64,000 nucleotides of DNA from a virus. The translations under genes were made by a program, and so were the position numbers. Every line of letters starts with the position of its first letter. Position 1 is the first letter of the stretch. Shown here one piece after another: positions 43,846-54,300 of this stretch. The notes beneath the pieces were generated by a model that was not told the DNA's origin, searched no databases, and saw only the letters and a program-made list of their open reading frames with translations. Location of the stretch: IMG/VR virus record IMGVR_UViG_3300047274_000223; one strand, 5' to 3'.

Positions 43846-46350
43846 ATGCCAGCCACGTTTGATGGAATTATCAATGAACCAACAGTAGACTTTTTAGGTA
43901 AGGATGGGTTTTACTGGTGGTTTGGTGAAGTAGTATTTACTGAGGATCCTCTTCAGATGGGAAGAGTGAAGGTCCGTATTATGGGTTGGTATACTGGATT
44001 AACAAAAGAGTTTAAGGATGATATGCCTGATGAGGATCTTCCTTGGGCAATCGTTTTACAACCAACAAATCAACCTGGTGTAGGAACTTCTGGTCAATCT
44101 ACAGGTCAACTGCAGCAAGGTGCAATGGTAATGGGGTTCTTCCTCGATGGACAGGAAGCACAATCCCCAGTTGTTATGGGTGTTGTTAGAGCAAGAAAGA
44201 ACGCTGATCAAAGTGATGCATCGGAAGGTATCAACTCTCTATTTTCTGACGATACATATGATGCTACTGCAAACTCAGCACTCAAGAATGATGCGACAAA
44301 TCAGGTTGACGGGCAAGGTAGTACAGGACCTCAAACTGGTGGACAACTTCCACCAGGACAGTCTGGAAGTTTAAACAGTGCTAACGTTCACACACCTGCT
44401 TCCGCAGGTGGTAGTAATGCAAATCCAGCAACACCTAATATTTCAGCAACAACCGCAGGTAATGCCGTAGCAGGATCCATCAATACTTTTGAAGGAACTC
44501 TTGCTCGAATGCTGGAGAATATTGCAGTTACTGGTTCGCAAGTTACTGCAGCTGCAGGTGGTGGATTTGTTAGTATTTTTAATGGAACTCCAGTAAATGT
44601 CGATGCTCTAGTTGGAACAGTTGTTAATTTAATTTCTTCTGTTGTTTCTGAGGCATTAGCAGCAGTAAAAGAAGTATTTTTAACAACTATTGCTAAAGGA
44701 CTTAAAGCAATCAAAATTGCTGGTATCTTTGGTATTCCATTTATTGTTACAGGAGCAATTCAAGCAATCATTCAACTCGTTCTTAGATTTCTTTGTGGTC
44801 TGGATGCATCTTGGTTAAATGGTATTCTTAATGCTTTATCTGGTACTGTAGAACAATTTGTTGATCAAGTTGTTGGTGCTGCATTTGATGCATTGGCAGC
44901 ACTAATCCAACAAGCATTTGATAATCTAATTAATCAAATTCTTTGTGCAATCTCTGGTGCTTTAAATGCAATTCAAAGTATAATTAATGCTATCGCGGCC
45001 GCGTGTGCTGTTGCTAGAACAGTCGCAGATGTTCTTAGACAAGGTACGGCATTCTTCCAGAACCTAGAACAAATAACAATTACTGACCTAACAAGTATTA
45101 CTAGTATTATTTCACTAATCCTTGGTCTCATCCCAACCCAATGTGATCGAAATGCTCCTGGTGGTGATACTCTTACCAACTTTGTTCCTTTCCTCGGTTC
45201 AACAACTTGTAGTGTTGGTAGTAGCAATCCTCTTGGTAATCTTGGTAATTGTGGATCATTTAGTAGTAGTACTGGAGGAGCGGCTGGAGGTGTTGCTAGT
45301 GCGGCAAACGCAGTGGAACGAATACTTAGACAGGCTGATGCATACTTAACGACAGCAGAGACCCAACTAAGTGGATACAATATGACCCACGGTGGAACTC
45401 CTGGAAGAAAGGCTACCATCGAAAGAAGAGCGAGTGGAATGTCTTGGTGGAGCATTAAATCAAACGATCAAGAATATTCAAACTGGAAAACTGCAGCAGA
45501 TGCAAGAAGAAGTGGTAGAAATGCTCCTTCCAATCCTACTGAACCAAAACCAAAGGATACAATCTTCGGTGATACTATCACATTTCCTGGTGCAACGCAA
45601 ATCGATGTACAGAAAGATTTTCTATTAAAGAATATTGGTCAATTTCAACATAATGTTGACGGTAGTTATACATTAAAGGTTGGTGGAAATCTTGACATTG
45701 AAGTTGGTGGAAGACTTGCCTTTAAAGTTAATGGAGCACCACAGAAGAAGAATCCAGATGGATCAAATGCTTCTGGAAATACATCAAATCAATCTAAGAA
45801 CGTTATCGTTTTTGATAGTGATACTGAGATTGTTGGTAAGGGTAAGGTTGAGATGCAGGGAATGGGAACAACCACATCATCAAAACCTGGCACTGACGTT
45901 AAGTTAAATACAGACAACTTAAACTTAAATGCACCATCATTAAATATCAACTGCAGTAACGACCTAAAACTCTGTGCAGGTAATGCAATTTATGTTGAGA
46001 CACCATCACTAATTAGAAATATCAACTTTCCTCCTGTACTTCCTAGGGCTAAGTCTGGTATTTTCACATTATGTCATGGTTCTTATGACATGATTCTCAA
46101 TCCTGCTTTAGGTGCTGATGCTGTTCCCCGCTATACGGTCAATAACACTGTTGGACCTATCTCCCTTCTGGTAGGGGCCGGAGGCATGTTCTTCACCGTT
46201 GCTGCTGGCGGACTGACCGCATCAGTTACCGCTGGTGCTATGGCGCTCAGCACTGCTGCTGGGGCAATCACGATTAACTCTGCCGCGGCCATGACCCTGA
46301 CAGCAGGGGCGATCATGACCTTGACGGCCACCACAATCAAATTGAACTGA
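43846..46350 (+). CDS. gp5: Baseplate central spike (T4 gp5-like)
   Basis: FYWWFGEV..EDPLQMGRVKVRI.G...LPWA...V.GFFLDG..AQ.PVVMG (OB fold); beta-rich C-terminus. Confidence 0.85.
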   Translation: MPATFDGIINEPTVDFLGKDGFYWWFGEVVFTEDPLQMGRVKVRIMGWYTGLTKEFKDDMPDEDLPWAIVLQPTNQPGVGTSGQSTGQLQQGAMVMGFFLDGQEAQSPVVMGVVRARKNADQSDASEGINSLFSDDTYDATANSALKNDATNQVDGQGSTGPQTGGQLPPGQSGSLNSANVHTPASAGGSNANPATPNISATTAGNAVAGSINTFEGTLARMLENIAVTGSQVTAAAGGGFVSIFNGTPVNVDALVGTVVNLISSVVSEALAAVKEVFLTTIAKGLKAIKIAGIFGIPFIVTGAIQAIIQLVLRFLCGLDASWLNGILNALSGTVEQFVDQVVGAAFDALAALIQQAFDNLINQILCAISGALNAIQSIINAIAAACAVARTVADVLRQGTAFFQNLEQITITDLTSITSIISLILGLIPTQCDRNAPGGDTLTNFVPFLGSTTCSVGSSNPLGNLGNCGSFSSSTGGAAGGVASAANAVERILRQADAYLTTAETQLSGYNMTHGGTPGRKATIERRASGMSWWSIKSNDQEYSNWKTAADARRSGRNAPSNPTEPKPKDTIFGDTITFPGATQIDVQKDFLLKNIGQFQHNVDGSYTLKVGGNLDIEVGGRLAFKVNGAPQKKNPDGSNASGNTSNQSKNVIVFDSDTEIVGKGKVEMQGMGTTTSSKPGTDVKLNTDNLNLNAPSLNINCSNDLKLCAGNAIYVETPSLIRNINFPPVLPRAKSGIFTLCHGSYDMILNPALGADAVPRYTVNNTVGPISLLVGAGGMFFTVAAGGLTASVTAGAMALSTAAGAITINSAAAMTLTAGAIMTLTATTIKLN

Positions 46351-46354
46351 CCCC

Positions 46355-46383
46355 TTGACAGGGGGCTCCCAGGGTGCTATGAT
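46355..46383 (+). promoter_or_regulatory. Sigma70-type early promoter
   Basis: TTGACA-N17-TATGAT. Confidence 0.8.
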
Positions 46384-46422
46384 AACTCTGCAAGGGTTCA
46401 AGGGACACTCTAAAAACAATCT

Positions 46423-46620
46423 ATGGAAATCAACGTTTTTTCTGAACTAGACCATGTGGTTCTAGATTTTACCAAGCGTACAGTTGAAATGTACGGTCAT
46501 GATGGTGAATTTATGTCTGAGTCTTGTCCTTTCACTGAGGAAGGATTGGTTCAATTTCAAAATATGGTAGAATTTTGTCAGAAAGTTCTTCCTGCAGAAC
46601 AACGCATTTATAAACTATGA
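46423..46620 (+). CDS. Small hypothetical protein
   Basis: 65-aa ORF after early promoter. Confidence 0.7.
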   Translation: MEINVFSELDHVVLDFTKRTVEMYGHDGEFMSESCPFTEEGLVQFQNMVEFCQKVLPAEQRIYKL

Positions 46621-46874
46621 ACACACAAGTACCTGTAATTAATCTCCAAGAACTAACTGAACATGCAGAGTTTATCTGTGAGGTTCTTGTTGGACGAAAT
46701 CGGATGTCTTTAAGGGTAACAACTGAAGATCACGGTGATTTTCTTCTTGTTCCTGTAATCGAAAAGTCTCCTGTACCTGAGTCTGTTCTGCAAGAACTTG
46801 CAGAAATGCAAAAAGCACTTGAGACTCCTGATATGGGTCTTGTTGGCCCTCCTCCTCTTGACATGCCTTTCTAA
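46617..46874 (+). CDS. Small hypothetical protein
   Basis: 85-aa ORF, ATGA-coupled. Confidence 0.7.
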   Translation: MNTQVPVINLQELTEHAEFICEVLVGRNRMSLRVTTEDHGDFLLVPVIEKSPVPESVLQELAEMQKALETPDMGLVGPPPLDMPF

Positions 46875-46886
46875 GTCTGCTATCAT
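46858..46886 (+). promoter_or_regulatory. Sigma70-type promoter upstream of tRNA-Leu
   Basis: TTGACA-N17-TATCAT. Confidence 0.65.
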
Positions 46887-46914
46887 ACATTCATGCGGTT
46901 GAGAGACCGCTCTC

Positions 46915-46997
46915 GGGGATGTGGTGGAATCGGTAGACACACCAGACTTAAAATCTGTTGGGCATTGCCCGTGGGGGTTCAAGTCCCCCTCTCCCTA
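46915..46997 (+). tRNA. tRNA-Leu(TAA)
   Basis: CAGA-CT-TAA-AA-TCTG, variable arm GGGC/GCCC, GGGGG-TTCAAGT-CCCCC; acceptor stem has one mismatch and two G-U pairs. Confidence 0.85.
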
Positions 46998-47034
46998 TTA
47001 CCACTAAATAAGTGGTATGTAAAGTGAATGGAGA

Positions 47035-47394
47035 ATGTATGCCTTGGAAAATTTAGGAAAACATTGCACCCTGGAAGTTTATGGCGTTAAAGATGACCTG
47101 TTAAATGATCTAGATTTCATTGACACAATTCTTCGTCAAGCAGCAATCGTATCTGGTGCCACTATTTTAGATAGTGTTTTTCATCAATTCCAACCACAAG
47201 GCATAACATTCATCCTTTTACTTGCAGAATCCCATATTTCAATCCATACTTGGCCTGAAAAGGGATGTGCTGCAATTGACATTTACACATGTGGTTTAAG
47301 CAATCCAGAATCTGCCATGTGGCATGTTATTGAACAGTTTAAACCCAAATCGCATTCTACTAAATCATTTCCCCGAGGAGGCTATGAGTTTTAA
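47035..47394 (+). CDS. speD: S-adenosylmethionine decarboxylase proenzyme
   Basis: GKHCTLE, FQPQGIT...LLAESHISIHTWPE..CAAIDIYTCG. Confidence 0.93.
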   Translation: MYALENLGKHCTLEVYGVKDDLLNDLDFIDTILRQAAIVSGATILDSVFHQFQPQGITFILLLAESHISIHTWPEKGCAAIDIYTCGLSNPESAMWHVIEQFKPKSHSTKSFPRGGYEF

Positions 47395-47593
47395 AGTCGG
47401 ATCCTATGTTGAATGGAAACACGTCAAGGGTTACATTCGATTTGTATCTGAAGAGTATATTACGATTTGTGTAAATGTACATAATGATAGCAGTAATCTG
47501 GATTGTTGTGTCCTTTGCTATCCTCCATATTGGAAAGAGGTTGTGGTACACAAAGAAGTGCCACCCATCTTTCCTGTTATGATGCCTCTGTAG
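47384..47593 (+). CDS. Small hypothetical protein
   Basis: RBS GAGGAGG before ATG 47384; MSFKVGSYVEW...ITICV...CCVLCYP. Confidence 0.7.
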   Translation: MSFKVGSYVEWKHVKGYIRFVSEEYITICVNVHNDSSNLDCCVLCYPPYWKEVVVHKEVPPIFPVMMPL

Positions 47594-47655
47594 CTCAGTG
47601 GTAGAGCAGCGGTTTTGTAAACCGCTGGTCGCAAGTTCGAATCTTGTCGGGGGCT
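47584..47655 (+). tRNA. tRNA-Thr(TGT)
   Basis: GCCTCTG/CGGGGGC, GCGGT-TT-TGT-AA-ACCGC. Confidence 0.93.
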
Positions 47656-47688
47656 TACATAAATAATAAGTAAATTGAGGTTTCTCCT

Positions 47689-47901
47689 GTGACGGAGAGA
47701 AGAACGTTTTTTGTTGACACTAGGAATGATTGGAACCCCTTCATCTATCAAATGTTAAAATACATCGATAAACTGCAGGAGTATTATATTCGCACGGGCG
47801 ATTATTTTTACGAAGAACAATCTCAAAAGATTAGAAAACTAATTAAAGAACACAAACAACAGATACACAAACTTGAAAGATTTGACGGTCCTCCATATTG
47901 A
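47689..47901 (+). CDS. Small hypothetical protein
   Basis: GTG start, RBS GAGG; WNPFIYQMLKYID. Confidence 0.6.
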   Translation: MTERRTFFVDTRNDWNPFIYQMLKYIDKLQEYYIRTGDYFYEEQSQKIRKLIKEHKQQIHKLERFDGPPY

Positions 47902-47910
47902 TGCTATAAT
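47882..47910 (+). promoter_or_regulatory. Sigma70-type early promoter
   Basis: TTGACG-N17-TATAAT. Confidence 0.75.
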
Positions 47911-47935
47911 AAGTTGTCCGTGTGAAGGAAGTATC

Positions 47936-47962
47936 AAGGATCAGGAGACCCTGATCCTTTTC
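47936..47962 (+). terminator. Rho-independent terminator closing a very short non-coding unit
   Basis: AAGGATCAGG-AGAC-CCTGATCCTT plus TTCTT. Confidence 0.75.
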
Positions 47963-48002
47963 TTGTATAAATAAATCTGAAGAATATACAGAAGGTTTAC
48001 TT

Positions 48003-49313
48003 GTGGCAGGAACAAAAAAAATATCACAATTAGAAAACCTTGCAGACAATTTGTTGACTGGGGAAGCCATTCTCCCTGTTGTCATTGCCGATCCACTTAT
48101 ACCAAACAGAAAAACTAAAGTAAACCAGTTATTCCGTGGTGTAAAGGCAGGAACTAAATCTGAACCAGGTCTAGCCTTTGATCTTAATAGAAGTACAGGA
48201 TTGTACCAGGATCAGTATAATGAATTGGGTCTTTCTTTTGGAACTGCAGGTTTATATCTTTCTAAAATTGCAGACTCTGGTGCAAACACAGTAACGACAA
48301 AAATTCAAGCATTAGATAATAATGCTAATAATGTTAATATTTTATTTCAACCAAAAGGATCTGGGACTGTAGGTGTCCAGTCTGGTTCTACTTTCAGATT
48401 ACAAGATACTCAGTTTGAGATCGCTGACGACGTTTCATCTTCGAAAAGAGCTAGATTTGAAGTCAGTAATATTGGTACTGGTCTTAGAATCTTTGCACTA
48501 CCTCTTGTTGATGTTGGCAACACAACAACTCTTGTTGGTACAGATACCTCACAAACTTTATCCAATAAAACCATTAGAATTAATGAGAATGACTTATTCC
48601 TAACTGATGGTACAAAAGAAGCAAAATTTGGTATCGACTGGATTCTAACTGAGTCTGGAACCAAAACATATTTCTTACCAGACCCTGGCCCAGGAACTGT
48701 ACAGTCAAATATTATTGATGATGTTAGTATACAAAACCTTTCAAACAAAACTTTAGTCCAACCAAGTTTTGCTTTCAGTTCCACATCTTCATTTAAAGCT
48801 TTATTTGATGCCTCATTGCTTACTGCATCACGCACAGTTACTTTCCCCGATCTCAGTATTACACTGGTTGGAACGGACTCAACTCAGATCTTAACATCTA
48901 AAGTATATCAAGTACCAGTATTTTCGGACTCGGCAGATATCACTAAAAAGGTAACTTTTGAACTGAGTAATCTACTTACTCAGACCAACACATCATTTAC
49001 TTTCCCAATTTCGACATCGCTAAATACTAATGGCACTTCCACCTTAGTAACAGAGATTGCATCTCAAACACTGAAAAATAAATTATACGATAAACCCGTA
49101 TTTTCTGATGTAACTTCTTCCGCAAGAAGAATTGTGTTTGATCTATCTAACATTAGTGCATCTAGAACAATTAGTTTCCCAGATGGCGATGCTACGTTAC
49201 TATCAACAAACAATGCTGGATCTCTTTCTAACATTGACTTTGGTGGACAAATTACAGCACAGTCCCTAGGGGGTAGACTTAGACTTCAACAACACTTTAC
49301 AGCAGGATGGTAA
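48003..49313 (+). CDS. Virion structural protein, tail-fibre-like repeats
   Basis: GTG start after TAAATA (47968-47973); repeated RT.TFPD...LV.T...Q.L.NK units. Confidence 0.7.
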   Translation: MAGTKKISQLENLADNLLTGEAILPVVIADPLIPNRKTKVNQLFRGVKAGTKSEPGLAFDLNRSTGLYQDQYNELGLSFGTAGLYLSKIADSGANTVTTKIQALDNNANNVNILFQPKGSGTVGVQSGSTFRLQDTQFEIADDVSSSKRARFEVSNIGTGLRIFALPLVDVGNTTTLVGTDTSQTLSNKTIRINENDLFLTDGTKEAKFGIDWILTESGTKTYFLPDPGPGTVQSNIIDDVSIQNLSNKTLVQPSFAFSSTSSFKALFDASLLTASRTVTFPDLSITLVGTDSTQILTSKVYQVPVFSDSADITKKVTFELSNLLTQTNTSFTFPISTSLNTNGTSTLVTEIASQTLKNKLYDKPVFSDVTSSARRIVFDLSNISASRTISFPDGDATLLSTNNAGSLSNIDFGGQITAQSLGGRLRLQQHFTAGW

Positions 49314-49320
49314 TTAACAA

Positions 49321-51336
49321 ATGACCGCAGGAAAATTAGGCTCGGTAAAACCAGCAGCAACCACAAATACTTTTTTATATCGTTGCCCAATCACAAGTGC
49401 GGCTAGCACTGTATTGAATGTTGTTGAGCAGGGTGGATCTGCTGCAACTTATAGAGCTGCTCTAAGAGATTATGATCAGATCTTAACCCTAGATTCAGCA
49501 AATTATCAATTCAGAAAAGGAAATATTGCATCATCGTATGTGATATCATTGATTCCTGGAGTCTCGAAGAGTTCACTAACTGCTGGTGATATTGTTGCAT
49601 CAGTTAGTGGAGAATCTGTATTTAGATATCTTGATGTTTACGTTGATGCTTCGATCAAGAATATCTCAACCAAAGTTGCTTGTGTTGGTACTACAACTTT
49701 GGGATCTGCTCCTACTGGAGGTAATATTGTTGCTGGTAATACAATTACTGGAGAAAAGGGACTTACTGCATCAGTTCTAACCTACAGTACTACATTTGCT
49801 GGATTTACAGCATCTATTCCTAAAGTCACTGCAGCTGCAACGGGAATCTATTTTGCTAATACTGATACTCTTGTTGCCAATGATTTTGCTGTTGTGTATG
49901 AAGATATGGGTGCTGGTCAATTTACTTATGAAGTAATGCGAGCAACCTCAATTAATACAACAACCAACATTGTTACCGTTCAAAGAGCACAATTGAGCAC
50001 TCTTGCTGCTCCAATTATGCCAGGTACTAGATATAGGAATCTTAGACCAACTGCAACTACAACTACTCTTGCTGCTGGAATTGCTGATACTGATTTAACT
50101 ATTGTGGTTACAGATGCATCTGCATTTACTATTGGTAATTATCTACGAATTGGTAACGAATTACTTGGCATTCAGGCAATTAATGGTAATGATATTACTG
50201 TACTTCGTGCGGAATTTGGTACAACTGCTGCCGCAGCAAATGGTGGAGACACTGTTACCTATGTTACTGATGAAGGATTTGGAATTCTTCAATACTTTGA
50301 TTCCGAGGAAGTAATTACTGTTGGCGCAGTATCAGCAACTCTTCAATCATATTCTACCACTGGTAATCCTTTTGGACCAGAAGAAAGATTCATCTTTGAT
50401 ACTGATGTTGATGGTATTTACGAAGATCCAGCAGATCTAACTCTAGATATTGGCAGAACATATAGATTCCTCCAATCTGATGCATCAAACTTAACTCATA
50501 CAATTCGTTTTAGGGAAGTTGGAAGCACAGATGAATACACAACTGGAGTTACTGTTATTGGTACTGCTGGATCTGCAGGAGCATATACAGAAATTGTTGT
50601 CAGTTCATTGACTGCTACAACATTAGAAATTTATTCTGATACTGATGATACTATCAGTCTTGGTGTTTCTATTGATGCTGATCCAATTTATAGTAAAATT
50701 TATGTGTATGATGTGGACGGTACTTTAGCCACAGGTCAGAGTTTCTCTACTCAAACTGGTACTAACGAAATTGATGAAGTTTATCCTGGTCCTTATGGTT
50801 ATATTCATAGTTGGGTAGGAACATCTTTAAAAGTTTCTCTTGGTAGAAATTCTGCAGTATATGCACAATATACAACTACAATTACAGCATCTTCTGGTGC
50901 TACTGATATTACAGTTGGATCCAGTGCAAACCTAATTCCTGGAATGTCTATTTCTGGAACTGGAATTGCTGCTGGGTCTAGAATTGTTGAAATTGTAGAT
51001 GCTACTACAATTACTATCGACCTTGCTGCGACTGGAGCAGTTTCTGGAACAGGAACTTTCAAGCATATGTTCTACGATTCTCCAAGACAACTTGGATCTT
51101 CTAGATCTAACGTAACTGTTTCCTCATTTACGGCTCTTACTGATGTAAATGCTGAGGATTATCTGTATTATGGTTCTGCAGTTGGCGCCAATTCAACTGT
51201 TAAGAATAGCGGAATTGTTGTTGGTCCTGGCCAGTCTGTAGTTGTCTATGCCAGCACCGCAGACGTTAGTTTCTCAATCAATGGTTTTGAGGATTCCACT
51301 TCGGACTTCGTTATTAATCAGTATAACAGAGTATAA
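49321..51336 (+). CDS. Virion structural protein
   Basis: Thr/Ala/Gly-rich beta protein; N- and C-termini complementary in cyanophage style (PAATTNT.LY...GIVVGPGQSVVVYAS). Confidence 0.7.
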   Translation: MTAGKLGSVKPAATTNTFLYRCPITSAASTVLNVVEQGGSAATYRAALRDYDQILTLDSANYQFRKGNIASSYVISLIPGVSKSSLTAGDIVASVSGESVFRYLDVYVDASIKNISTKVACVGTTTLGSAPTGGNIVAGNTITGEKGLTASVLTYSTTFAGFTASIPKVTAAATGIYFANTDTLVANDFAVVYEDMGAGQFTYEVMRATSINTTTNIVTVQRAQLSTLAAPIMPGTRYRNLRPTATTTTLAAGIADTDLTIVVTDASAFTIGNYLRIGNELLGIQAINGNDITVLRAEFGTTAAAANGGDTVTYVTDEGFGILQYFDSEEVITVGAVSATLQSYSTTGNPFGPEERFIFDTDVDGIYEDPADLTLDIGRTYRFLQSDASNLTHTIRFREVGSTDEYTTGVTVIGTAGSAGAYTEIVVSSLTATTLEIYSDTDDTISLGVSIDADPIYSKIYVYDVDGTLATGQSFSTQTGTNEIDEVYPGPYGYIHSWVGTSLKVSLGRNSAVYAQYTTTITASSGATDITVGSSANLIPGMSISGTGIAAGSRIVEIVDATTITIDLAATGAVSGTGTFKHMFYDSPRQLGSSRSNVTVSSFTALTDVNAEDYLYYGSAVGANSTVKNSGIVVGPGQSVVVYASTADVSFSINGFEDSTSDFVINQYNRV

Positions 51337-51353
51337 TACAAGGACAGTAAACT

Positions 51354-54300
51354 ATGTCATTAACTAGACTCAAGAATATTATTACGTCCAGAACTGGACG
51401 TATTATCTACGTCAACCCAGATGACTTTGATGCATCTGATGCAATTGACAACAGAGGTAACTCAGCACTGAGACCTTTTAAAACACTACAGAGAGCTCTT
51501 CTCGAAGTATCACGTTTCTCATATCGTGTAGGTCTATCTAATGACGAGTTTGATGCCTTCAGTATTTACTTGTATCCGTCAGAATATATTATTGATAATC
51601 GTCCTGGTGAGATTCTTTATACTGAGATTCCACCTCTGGATGAAAACTCAAACTTCGATGTAACTTCACCAAACAACGTTCTTTATAAGTTTAACTCTGT
51701 TGAAGGTGGAGTAATTGTTCCTAGAGGTTGTTCTATTGTTGGATCTGACCTTAGAAGAACTAAAATTATTCCTAAGTATATTCCATATCCAACTACAAGA
51801 GCTTCTCTTGGTATTACATCAATTAACGAACCATCACCAACGGATATTTTTAAAGTAACTGGCGGTTGCTATTTTTGGCAGTTTTCATTCTTTGATGGTG
51901 ACTCTACTGGTGTTTATTATAAAGAGAATGATGCAACAACTCTTCAACCAAACTTCTCACACCATAAACTAACAGCATATGGATTTGCTGATGGTGTAAA
52001 TCAGTTAAGAGATCTTATTGCCGAAGGAAGAGTAAAGCCTAACTTTGATATTAATTCCACGATCATTCCTGATCTTCAGTCTAGAACTGACCTGGAAATT
52101 TACTATCAGAAGATCTCTAGAGCATTTACATCAATTCCTGATACTTCTGGTACTCCATCTCAAGACCAGATTCAACCAAGAATTGAAGAAAATAGAATCG
52201 TTGGACCTATTGCAGACGAATTCCAAGTCCTTCAGATTACTAGAAATGGACAAACTGCTACCGCTCTTACTGTTGACGAACTAGGAAACCCCAAGAACCA
52301 TGGATTCTCTGTCGGTGTTAATATTAATATTTCTGGTGTTACTGGTTCTACTGGCACGCAAAGTGAACTAGATGCATCTCTGTATAATGGATCCTTCCAG
52401 GTAACATCTGCACAGGGTAACGTATTTACCTATCAGATGTCTGATGAACCAACTGGTAATGCTGTTGGATCTAATATCCTTGTTAAAGTTGAGATTGATA
52501 CCGTTGACTCCGCATCTCCATATGTGTTCAACATCTCACTACGTTCTGTGTGGGGTATGAACGGTATGCACGCTGATGGTAGCAAGGCAACTGGTTTCAA
52601 ATCGATGGTTGTGGCACAGTTTACTGGTCTGTCACTGCAGAAAGATGACCGTGCATTTGTACGCTATAACACTGCTACTGGATCTTACGATGAAGGTGGC
52701 CAAGGTGCTCACCTAGATGGTGCTTGTAGGTATAAGAAGGGATGGAGACACTGCCACATTAAAGCATCTAACGACGCATTTATTCAGGTCGTTTCGGTGT
52801 TCGCGGTTGGATATGGTGATCACTTCTTTGCTGATTCTGGTGCTGACATGTCAATCACCAACTCAAACTCCAACTTTGGTAACACTGCTCTTCGCTGTAA
52901 GGGATTTAAAGCAGCATCATTTACAAAGGATAAATTTGGAACCTTAACCCATGTTATTCCCCCCAAATCTCTTTCTGATGTAAATGAGATCTCTGTTAAC
53001 TATGTGAATATTGATATTCAAAGAACACGAACTGTAGCAAATGCTCAGAGATTGTATCTATATGGATACACTGTGGAAACAGCACCCCCTCCACTAAAAG
53101 TTCAGGGTTACACTGTTGGCGCTAGACAAGACGGAACTGGTGTAAGTGCAGTTGCAGATAAAATCTATTGCTTATTGTTCTCTTCTGGTGCAACTACAGC
53201 AACTATTAAATCTGCACCAATTAATCCTTATGGTCCATCTGTAAATGGAGCCACTGTAAATACTGCAGAAAGTCCATTTAAGTTTGATTCAAATACTTAT
53301 ACGATTGGCGGTCAGCAAGTAGTTGGTGGATGGTATTTGCAAGTATCTAATACTGGTAATGCTAACCAGATCTTTACTGCATTAACCACCAATACTCTGT
53401 ATAATAACCTTGCATTTACTCCAACTTCATTCATCAAGAGAGTACCCGATGCTCGTGTTCTAAAGGATAGAATCTATAGATTACGTTATGTTGTTCCTAA
53501 GGATTCATTCCCAATCCCCAGAGATCCTATTACTGGTTATGTAATTCAACCAAGATCAAGTGAATCTAGTTCACCCGCATATGATAAGGTGTACTACATC
53601 TATGAGATTGAAGAAGTTCAGGCATTTGATAGAGGTATTGCAGATGGCATCTACTATCTAACAGTTCTTTGTGCATCTATTACTCCTTCAACATCAAACT
53701 TTAATGACTTTAAGTTCTCTCAGAACGTAAACGAAGTATACCCTGCTTTTGATAGAGACAATCCAAACTCTGACCCAGTAGCTACTGTATCTGTTGCAGA
53801 CAACGTGACTATTGGACTAGTTTATGGTACTGATGGTGCAGTTCCAACACCAAATAAAGATACTAAGAGAAGTATTACTAAAGAAGCAACTCAATTCTTC
53901 CTTGCTGAAGGACAGAATAATATCGCATGGAACTCATCTGCAGGAACTCTTGGTTCGTTCTCACTAACTTCACGTCTTGGTGAGGCGGAAACTAGAATGA
54001 TTCCATTGAAGGTTGACACCGAAAATGTAATGATTCCAATTCCAGTTGAGTTACGTCGTCACTCAATTCAGAGATCTGGTAACCATACATTTGAATACAC
54101 TGGTTTCGGTCCTGGTAACTACTCAACCGCATTCCCACAGACTCAGGTTGAAGTATTAACTTCAGATCAGATCAAACTATCTCAGTCACTCAAAGAGGCT
54201 GCTGGTGTTTCATTCTACTCAGGTCTAAACTCTAATGGCGACCTGTTCATTGGTAACCAGGTAATTAACCCAGTTACGGGTCAGATTACTTCAGATGATA

